Source: Polyangiaceae bacterium (GTDB lineage: Bacteria > Myxococcota_A > Polyangia > Polyangiales > Polyangiaceae). From it: a stretch of 64,000 bases of DNA. The DNA is taken from positions 224,001 through 288,000 of the forward strand of contig CBDCTZ010000016.1 of assembly GCA_965222375.1 (NCBI GenBank), read 5' to 3'. Below the pieces are notes generated by a model. The model was given only the letters and a program-made list of their open reading frames with translations, was not told the DNA's origin and did no database searches. Numbering within the stretch: the stretch's first letter is position 1; every line of letters starts with the position of its first letter. Shown one piece after another: positions 57,254 to 64,000 of the stretch. The position numbers and the translations under genes were made by a program.

Positions 57254-58375
57254 TCAGAACAAATCGGTCGGAATCGGGAAGCCGAAGGACTCGATCTCTT
57301 TGACTTCTTCGTCGCTGAGGTTGATGGCTTCGAAAGTGCCTTTGGTGGGATCCTCGCCGAAACCGTTGATCTTGACTTTGTCGACGCTGATGCTGCCTTG
57401 GGCTTGCCAGCGACCGGGGACCTTGGTGCTGGGAATGAACGAGCCGGTGAATTTCGAGTTTTCACCCTGGACGCGGATATTGCCGGAACCGATCGTGACG
57501 TCGATTAAAAACAGCGCGGTGCCCAGGCCGATGGAGCCGTCGGCTTCGTCTTTCACGAAACCATCAGCGACGAAGACATATCCGTCCGGTGGATCGGGCT
57601 CGGGTAGGAAGTCAACGAATTCTTCGATCGCAATCTGCTTTTCGCTGGGCTTCACGCAGCGAGGCGACGGGATCAGCGCGCAGATCGGCGTGTCCCCACC
57701 GCAGGAAGGGCAGCCTGAGCGGGAATTGAGGACAGCGAGGCGGTTGCCATTCGTGAACTTCGCGCGCCAGTTGCCCGTCACAGGGTCGATATCCATGTAG
57801 GCGTAGGTTTGGATTTGAGTCGAAAGGAAATCGACGTTGAGCAGCCAATAGAAGTAGCCGGTTGGTAGAGAGTTCGGGCCACCACCCGCTAGCGTGAAGG
57901 TGAAGGGCAACCGGCCACGCGGTACTGTGGCGTGACCTTCGCTATCCTCCAGTCCCGGCTCGACCAACACCAAGTATGGAACCGAAAAGCCGACTGGCTG
58001 ATCCAAGGTTGCCGTAACACGCTGACCCTCGACTTCAAACGTCGCGCCGAATGTTGCGTTCTCGTCGTTGGGGCGCGCGCCGTCGTAGGCGGCGATGATC
58101 TTGTCCCGGAACTCGTCCTTTTTCGGTGGGGTCTGTTCGTCCAAGAGGTTCTCTTCGCCATCTAGAATCGCGGGCACGATCTTCAGCCGAAGCGTTGACA
58201 CGTCGAAGGGCTCCGAGACTTGGAGCACGAAGGGATCGGAAGGCTGGGTGGACATCAGGCCGTTGTCCGAACCCACGATCGTCACGCTCGGTGGTGGATC
58301 GAAGGTTTCGCAGCCGAGTGTCGGAGCTGCAAACAGCGCTGACCACAGCAAGACTTGAGAAAGTGAGCGTCGCAT
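57254..58375 (-). CDS. Hypothetical lipoprotein with an Ig-like N-terminal region
   Basis: ATG 58375 lies 2 nt after the upstream stop; lipobox TLGC. Confidence 0.75.
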   Translation of the reverse strand: MRRSLSQVLLWSALFAAPTLGCETFDPPPSVTIVGSDNGLMSTQPSDPFVLQVSEPFDVSTLRLKIVPAILDGEENLLDEQTPPKKDEFRDKIIAAYDGARPNDENATFGATFEVEGQRVTATLDQPVGFSVPYLVLVEPGLEDSEGHATVPRGRLPFTFTLAGGGPNSLPTGYFYWLLNVDFLSTQIQTYAYMDIDPVTGNWRAKFTNGNRLAVLNSRSGCPSCGGDTPICALIPSPRCVKPSEKQIAIEEFVDFLPEPDPPDGYVFVADGFVKDEADGSIGLGTALFLIDVTIGSGNIRVQGENSKFTGSFIPSTKVPGRWQAQGSISVDKVKINGFGEDPTKGTFEAINLSDEEVKEIESFGFPIPTDLF

Positions 58376-58377
58376 GG

Positions 58378-60015
58378 CTAGAAAACGAAGGTAGTGCGGC
58401 CCTGCACGAGCACGCTGCGGACCGCCTGTCCGTTTTCGTCTTGGAGGGCGTCCCCTGGAAATAGTACCGCACCTTCCAGATCGAACAAGAAGTGGTCCAT
58501 GTATTTCCACTGCACACGGCCGTCCAGCTCGACGCCGTAGAAGTTCCCCGGCTTTCCACCTTGGAAGTTGACCAGGTCGTCTTCCACTTCGCGCCCGTCG
58601 CGCTGCTTCAAGCTTTCGATGGGGTCGACCAAGCCCACGGGCGCCCACGCCGCGAGCACGCCACCGCGCAGCAAGAAGTTGTCGATGGGCCGCACATCGA
58701 ATTGTGGGAAGACCGCGATGGCATTCGTGAAGGAACCCTCGCTGTCCACACGTTCCGCAGGGAAGGTCTTGGCCCCCACTCGTCTCAGAAGTTCCACGCC
58801 TGATGCGCTGCTCCGGGCCGACTCGAAATGAAGCACGCGCTCGAACATCAAGAGGCCGACGTTGGCGTCTTCAGCGAAGTACATTTGCGATAGCGTACTA
58901 CCGGGATTGGGGTTGCGATCCCCGGACGCGAAGTCGAATTCCAGGTACGCGGTCCACGCCGGTTCGTCCCAACGCGCCACGGCGCGGGCACCAAACTGGC
59001 TGACCTTCTGCCGCACGATGGGGTCGTTGTTGATCAAGCTCAGCGCATCGCTGACCTCGAGGGTGCGCCCCTGAATCGTCGCGGCTTCGACGCCCATGCT
59101 CAACTTGTCCACCTTCGCGAGGACACGCAGCTGGGCGATGCTGATGTTGCTGTCAAAAACGTCTTCCCAGCGATGGGCGAAGACGCCTTGCAGCACGAGG
59201 TTCGTACGCCGCCCGGGATCCGGCGCCATGTACTTGATCACCGTGCCTGCACTCTGCAGATCGTCGCCAAACAAGCGGATTTGCTCCGAAGACACCCGAT
59301 CGTAGAAGCCGACCCAAAGCACACCCCGGTCCCGGGACGTATCCCGCTCGGCCTCGGCTTTGAAGGCCTCCAAAGGCTTGGTCGCGAAGAGGATGCGATC
59401 GACACTGTCGCCGGCGTTGGAGTAACCGAAGCGGTTTGGGCGTCCGTCACCGTCGGCTACCAAGAGCCCCATGCCTTCGACGGACGGCTGCCGGCCGATG
59501 CGGAAGGCGCCGTAGGGCGTAACGACCTCGCCGTAGAGCCGCCGCACTTTGACGGGTTCGTTTTCGAGCAGAACGTAGCCGTAGCTGTCCGGGTCGAGTT
59601 CGTCGCCGCCGATGTAGCCCACTCCAGGTTTGGCGTTGTTCGGGTTGGTTGCGGCCGCCCGAGTGCCGCTGTTGGGGCTCGGCGGTGTGCCGAAAGTGCC
59701 ATTGTCACCCCACAGGGTGCCGTCCAAGGCGTCTATGCTGGTAACGAGGCGTACCTTCTCTTCGTAGTCGATCGCTAGATCGAGGCGCAGCCGGTGTTCG
59801 ATCCAGCTGGCGCGCCGATGCTTGACACCACTCAGATCGATGGGGTTCACGTAGAGCCAGTTCGCCCGGTATTCCGCCCCGGTGGTGACCCCGGTTTCCC
59901 CGAATTCGTGCCGCGTAGGAGTGCCCAAGCCGTCCCGATCAGTCCAAGGCTCCTCGTCGGCTAGTGCGCTGCTAGCGAAACTCAGTGCGCACGCACCCGC
60001 CAAGATCCTCCTCAT
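58378..60015 (-). CDS. Outer-membrane beta-barrel protein (alginate-export-like)
   Basis: Signal peptide, amphipathic strands, FRIGRQP, FDFASGD, GVELD and a terminal Phe. Confidence 0.75.
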   Translation of the reverse strand: MRRILAGACALSFASSALADEEPWTDRDGLGTPTRHEFGETGVTTGAEYRANWLYVNPIDLSGVKHRRASWIEHRLRLDLAIDYEEKVRLVTSIDALDGTLWGDNGTFGTPPSPNSGTRAAATNPNNAKPGVGYIGGDELDPDSYGYVLLENEPVKVRRLYGEVVTPYGAFRIGRQPSVEGMGLLVADGDGRPNRFGYSNAGDSVDRILFATKPLEAFKAEAERDTSRDRGVLWVGFYDRVSSEQIRLFGDDLQSAGTVIKYMAPDPGRRTNLVLQGVFAHRWEDVFDSNISIAQLRVLAKVDKLSMGVEAATIQGRTLEVSDALSLINNDPIVRQKVSQFGARAVARWDEPAWTAYLEFDFASGDRNPNPGSTLSQMYFAEDANVGLLMFERVLHFESARSSASGVELLRRVGAKTFPAERVDSEGSFTNAIAVFPQFDVRPIDNFLLRGGVLAAWAPVGLVDPIESLKQRDGREVEDDLVNFQGGKPGNFYGVELDGRVQWKYMDHFLFDLEGAVLFPGDALQDENGQAVRSVLVQGRTTFVF

Positions 60016-60526
60016 CCTGCACCCACGTTAGCGGAGGTCCCTGGAGGGACAAAGCCGAATGCGACGTGTAATCGGTGCTCCACCGATTACACTTCTTCAG
60101 CCCGCCCGAGCGCCATGAAAATCTGGCCAATGCGTGATCGCTGGCTTCGGACCGGGGCGGTCGCAGTGGGATCGCTCTTGTTCTGTGAAGATGCTCGAGC
60201 CCTCGAACCTGGGATCACGCGACCGCCCATGGAGGGCATCGCTTCGCCACCGACGGGGATCGCGCATGCCCGGAGGTGTGCAGCCGCGGACCAGGGTTCG
60301 ACGATTGCGACGGCAATTCCGATTCCGACTCCGACTTCCAAGGCGCCATGAGTGGTCGGGTCCCTTAGGACGTCGGAGTTCTGACCATCGGCGGCGAGAT
60401 GTTCACTTTTCCTCGCAGATTTCGACGGAATCTGGTTGGGCTTCAATATCGGCGCGGCGCTGTAGTTCCCGCTGAATCCCGGGCTATGCTCGGCTCGCGC
60501 GCTCGGGCTAACCTACGCGCGAAGTC

Positions 60527-61516
60527 ATGCCCCGAAGAGTTCTTGTCACCGGCGGCGCTGGATTTATCGGATCGAGCGTCGTGGACCAGTTGCTTGACGA
60601 AGGCGGCGCCGTCGCTGCCTTGGACAATTTCGATCCCTATTACGATGTCGCCCAAAAACGCCGAAACGTCGCCCGGGCGCTCACGCGGCCCGGCTATGAA
60701 TTGATTGAGGCCGACGTGCGACAGCGCGATGCTGTGTTTGACGCTGTGCGTCGCTTCAAACCCGAGCTGATCGTGCATCTGGCCGCCAAGGCGGGTGTGC
60801 GGGCGAGTGTCGAGCATCCCACCGAGTATTTGCAGGTCAACGAGCAAGGGGGTTTGAACATCCTGGACGTGGCGCGAGAGCACGGGAATGTGCCCGTCGT
60901 CTATTCGTCCACGTCCTCGGTTTACGGCGCCACGGATGTAGTGCCGTTCCGCGAGGATGATCCGGCCATGGGTCCCCTGTCTCCCTACGCGGCGACCAAG
61001 CGTGGTGCCGAGCTGATGGTGCACGCTCTGCACCACCTGCATGGCCAGCCGGTTTGCATTCTACGCTTCTTCACGGTGTACGGGCCCCGGGGGCGGCCGG
61101 ACATGGCGGTTCATACTTTCACGCGCAAGCTACTCGCCGGCGAGACCATTCGACTCCACGGTGAAGAGACCGCGCGGGACTTCACCTACGTGGACGACAT
61201 CGTCAAGGGCGTGCTCGGCGCATTGTCTTGGGTGGGCCAAGGCAGCCCCTGCGACACCTTCAATCTGGGTCGCAGCGAGCCCGTGCGCGTGCGCCGCCTC
61301 ATCGAGATCATGGCGGCAGCCCTGGGAGTGGAGGCCAAGGTCGAGCTCGGCGAGCTGGGTGCCAGCGAAAGCCCGGTCACCGCGGCGAATGCCGACAAAG
61401 CGCGAGCGGCATTTGGCTACGATCCGCAGGTTTCCCTCGCAGACGGCATCGCGCACTGGGTCGATTGGTGTCGCAATAGCGAAGAAGCGCCCCCGGAGAT
61501 CAAAGGCCGATTGTGA
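60527..61516 (+). CDS. NAD-dependent epimerase/dehydratase (UDP-glucuronate 4-epimerase-like)
   Basis: TGGAGFIG, HLAAKAGVR, YAATK, RFFTVYGPRGRPDMA and RDFTYVDD. Confidence 0.92.
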   Translation: MPRRVLVTGGAGFIGSSVVDQLLDEGGAVAALDNFDPYYDVAQKRRNVARALTRPGYELIEADVRQRDAVFDAVRRFKPELIVHLAAKAGVRASVEHPTEYLQVNEQGGLNILDVAREHGNVPVVYSSTSSVYGATDVVPFREDDPAMGPLSPYAATKRGAELMVHALHHLHGQPVCILRFFTVYGPRGRPDMAVHTFTRKLLAGETIRLHGEETARDFTYVDDIVKGVLGALSWVGQGSPCDTFNLGRSEPVRVRRLIEIMAAALGVEAKVELGELGASESPVTAANADKARAAFGYDPQVSLADGIAHWVDWCRNSEEAPPEIKGRL

Positions 61517-62511
61517 GCGAAAGGGCCAACACCGGCGACGCCGCGCCCAACGCAGCAGAAGAAACCAGGCCGTCGGCAGCAGGCATGCCCCTGTGGCGTC
61601 GCGCGCTGCCCTTCGTGATCGCCCTGGCCCTCCTGTTGTTCGTCGTCGCGCGCCTGGATTGGGCCACCTTTGGCCGTGCCCTCGCGTCCATCAACTATCC
61701 AGCTTTCATCGGTTTCACCCTCGCGTTCAGTGCTGCCCTGCTCACCGCCGACAGCTTTGCCACTGCGCACATCTACCGCACACGAATATGCCCGGTACGC
61801 TTCCGCGAGATCTTCCTGATCCGAGCCGCTAGCTACCTGCCGAGTTTGCTCAACCATCACGTGGGTCAAGGCTGGCTCACGTACTTCATGGCGAAGAACT
61901 ATAAGGCGCCGCTGTGGAGGGTCACCGGCGCCACGCTTCTGGTCTATGCTACGACATTTGCGTGCTTGTTTCTTCTCGGTGCCAGTGCGCTGCCCTTCAA
62001 CTATGAGCGCATCGGCTGGTTGCTGCCCACTTTGGGGGCCATTGGCGGCGCGGGTGTGCTGTACATGATCGTGGTGGCGCTACGGCCCAAAGTCTTGCTC
62101 GAGATGCAAGCGATTGCCCCGTTGATGGAGGCGGGGGTTGGCGGTCACCTGTTGGCTTTGGTTTACCGCCTGCCCCACGTCTGCGTGTTGTTCTGCGGCA
62201 CCTTGGCGCCGTTCTGGTTCTTCGGGATCGACGTTCCCGTGCAAGACGCCCTGGCCTTCATCCCGGTCCTGATGCTCGTGGCCGCACTACCCATTACACC
62301 CCAGGGCATCGGCACCCGCGACGTCGTTGCGCTGCAGCTGCTCGCTGGCTACGCGCCCGGCACCCCGGACGAGCGTGCGGCAACGCTTGCGGCGGCCACG
62401 TTGGCTTGGGCTGGCGCGTTGACCTTGGTGCAAGCCATCGCTTCACCCTGGTTCATGCGCCGCGCGCAACGCCTGTTGCGCGAAGGCGAAGGAGCGGTCT
62501 CCAGGGCTTGA
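61513..62511 (+). CDS. Flippase-like membrane protein (lysylphosphatidylglycerol synthase TM family)
   Basis: About 8 TM helices and an LPITPQGIGTRD motif; start overlaps the epimerase stop. Confidence 0.8.
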   Translation: MSERANTGDAAPNAAEETRPSAAGMPLWRRALPFVIALALLLFVVARLDWATFGRALASINYPAFIGFTLAFSAALLTADSFATAHIYRTRICPVRFREIFLIRAASYLPSLLNHHVGQGWLTYFMAKNYKAPLWRVTGATLLVYATTFACLFLLGASALPFNYERIGWLLPTLGAIGGAGVLYMIVVALRPKVLLEMQAIAPLMEAGVGGHLLALVYRLPHVCVLFCGTLAPFWFFGIDVPVQDALAFIPVLMLVAALPITPQGIGTRDVVALQLLAGYAPGTPDERAATLAAATLAWAGALTLVQAIASPWFMRRAQRLLREGEGAVSRA

Positions 62512-62522
62512 CTCGTTTGGGT

Positions 62523-62564
62523 TTGGGGTCGTGTCGCTGGAGCATGCTGCTGCCCTAATCTCGC
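62523..62564 (+). repeat. Dispersed bipartite repeat, copy F
   Basis: TTGGGGTCG-N23-CTAATCTCGC, 11 nt after the stop at 62511. Confidence 0.8.
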
Positions 62565-62771
62565 GTTTTTCCACAAGGCCGTTGGAAATTGACGCAACTG
62601 AGCCGCGCGGCAACCGACTGAAGCTCCACGCTCCCCCCCAAACTCGTGGGCGGGAGAGGTGCTGCGGGCGCTTCCTTCGCACCCACCAGCATCTAGCCTA
62701 ATCAGCCCGAAAAGATCCGGCTTGAGCGCTCCTTCAGCAGAATCTGAGCACTCGCGAGATCCGAGCCCGGA

Positions 62772-62800
62772 GTCGCGCCGCCGGCGGTCTGCGGCGCGAC
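62772..62800. terminator. GC-rich hairpin between convergent genes
   Basis: 10-bp stem GTCGCGCCGC/GCGGCGCGAC, 23 nt after the stop at 62824; weak U-tract. Confidence 0.45.
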
Positions 62801-62823
62801 AAACCGCGCCGTATGAGGTGTCG

Positions 62824-63387
62824 TTACTTCGGTGACCAGTGGGCTTCGTGGTCCAGTCCCAAGCCGTCTGCCAAGCGGTTGTAGTAGTTGAACAGCGCGG
62901 CAATCTGCGTGATGTCGTGGATGCCTTCGTCTGTGAAGTCGTGCTGCCTCAGGGTGGCGACGTCCTCGGCGGTCATTGCTGTGGGAGTGCGTGTGAGCTT
63001 GATGGCGAAGTCCAACGCCGCGCGCTCAGCGGCCGTCAGGTTTGCGCGGGTGTAGTCGGTCATGACCGCTTCCGCGATCTCGTCGCCGTCGCTTCTTTCT
63101 TGAACCTCAGCCCGGAGGTCCTCGCCATGGGCGCGGGTTCAATACGCGCAGCCGTTGACCTGCGAGACTGCCGTGGCGATCATTTCACGCTGTGCGCGGG
63201 AAAGCGGACTGCGAGCTGATTGCATCAGCTCGGTGTAGAGCCGGGTAGACGCCTGCAGCACATGTGGGCGCACGCTTTGGATCTGAATCACCTGGAAGAC
63301 GAGCCCGGCCCGCTCCCGCGCGGCGTCGTAGGCCTTCTTCAGAAGTCCTGTTGCCGCGTCAACGGGCACCGTACGAATGAACGCCAT
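62824..63387 (-). CDS. AhpD/peroxidase-related (CMD family) protein with an in-frame TGA; probable selenoprotein, 187 aa
   Basis: LSRAQREMIATAVSQVNGCAY-TGA(63141-63139)-TRAHGEDLR continues in frame into LDFAIKLTRTP...ALFNYYNRLADGLG. Confidence 0.88.
63102..63121 (-). promoter_or_regulatory. SECIS-like hairpin
   Basis: Stem GGACCUC/GAGGUUC with loop CGGGCU; the loop starts 24 nt after the UGA. Confidence 0.65.
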
Positions 63388-63501
63388 GGGTGGAGCGTAC
63401 GGCCTGGTCGCCTCGCCGTGCAACGGGCGGGTTTCGCCTCACTAACCTGGCTGGGCGACACCCATTTGCAGGCAGCCGCGGATCGGCGTACGCGGGGGCC
63501 C

Positions 63502-64000
63502 ATGTCGAGCACGAACCTCGGAGCTCAGCGCGGTTCCTGGCCTCCCGGGTCCCCGGAATTGGGCCGTGTGGTGATCGAGCGGGTCGCGCCTGAGTTGGAT
63601 GGGGGCCGCTACGCGGTCAAGCGCGTTGTGGGCGATACGGTCGCAGTGTCCGCGGATATCCTGAAAGATGGCCATGACATCTTGGCGGCCTGCGTCCGGT
63701 ACCTGCCCCCGGGCACGACTCGGTGGCTCAGTGCGCCGCTGACGTTGAACTTCGATGAAGAACGCTGGCACGGCGAGTTCGACGTGGATCGCGCGGGGTA
63801 CTGGCGCTTCGCGGTCGAGGCGTGGCCAGACGTGTTTGCGACGTGGCGAGCGGATTTGCGCAAGCGATTGGACGCGGAGCAAGACGTTCGCAGCGAGCTG
63901 CTCGAAGGAGCCGCACTCGTGGCGGGGCGTGGCAGAGCCAGTGCCGGGGCGTTGCGCCAGCGTTTGGCCACTGCCCACGGGCTCCTGGTCGACGCAGCTC
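63502..64000 (+). CDS. glgE: Alpha-1,4-glucan:maltose-1-phosphate maltosyltransferase, 5' part truncated by the window edge
   Basis: RVVIERVAPELDGGRYAVKRVVGD..VSADILKDGHD...VEAWPDVFATWR is the GlgE N-terminal domain; the frame is open to the window end. Confidence 0.88.
   Translation, partial: MSSTNLGAQRGSWPPGSPELGRVVIERVAPELDGGRYAVKRVVGDTVAVSADILKDGHDILAACVRYLPPGTTRWLSAPLTLNFDEERWHGEFDVDRAGYWRFAVEAWPDVFATWRADLRKRLDAEQDVRSELLEGAALVAGRGRASAGALRQRLATAHGLLVDAA

Noticed and set aside
60115..60351. 78-aa ORF with a signal-peptide-like start
   Set aside because: No recognisable domain and it ends in hexamer-like repeats; it may be a remnant but cannot be supported.
12601..62564. CRISPR or integron attC interpretation of the dispersed repeat
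   Set aside because: Copies are kilobases apart, lack the RYYYAAC/GTTRRRY ends and full palindromy, and no cas or intI gene is present.
62824..63423. Two separate small genes or a nonsense pseudogene
   Set aside because: The TGA falls exactly at the catalytic Cys position, the frame continues intact and a SECIS-like hairpin follows; recoding explains this better.

Overview
GC-rich bacterial window, most consistent with Myxococcota (Polyangiales-like), given mglB-mglA, a TIGR02266-type PilZ gene, a Hanks kinase and many Gly/Ser-linker, Cys-rich lipoproteins. Core genes include mglBA, recX, an Rne/Rng RNase, phhB, alr, ribE-ribB(X)-ribH-nusB, a gspC-like gene and the 5' end of glgE. They are interleaved with accessory genes. 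Highlights: (1) A candidate defence module at 23.9-28.5 kb. It has a small winged-helix-like gene, an HD dNTP-triphosphohydrolase fused to a C-terminal phosphoribosyltransferase, and a CX5R phosphatase. It is divergent from a LexA-like repressor whose upstream region carries a perfect 24-bp palindrome. (2) A dispersed bipartite repeat, TTGGGGTCG-N23-25-CTAMTCYCGC, with 8 intergenic copies; 7 lie just 3' of stop codons and two pairs are inverted. (3) An AhpD-like gene that the ORF track splits at an in-frame TGA within a CxxU motif; a SECIS-like hairpin follows, so it is a probable selenoprotein. (4) A four-helix-bundle gene preceded by an 18-bp perfect stem and mirror-image hexamer arrays. (5) An Xre-RES toxin-antitoxin pair, a serpin remnant, a 37-aa hyperbasic ORF, and sigma54 and ECF41-type promoters. 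I saw no rRNA, tRNA, CRISPR array, integrase, transposase or reverse transcriptase. All assignments come from reading motifs by eye; no searches were run.
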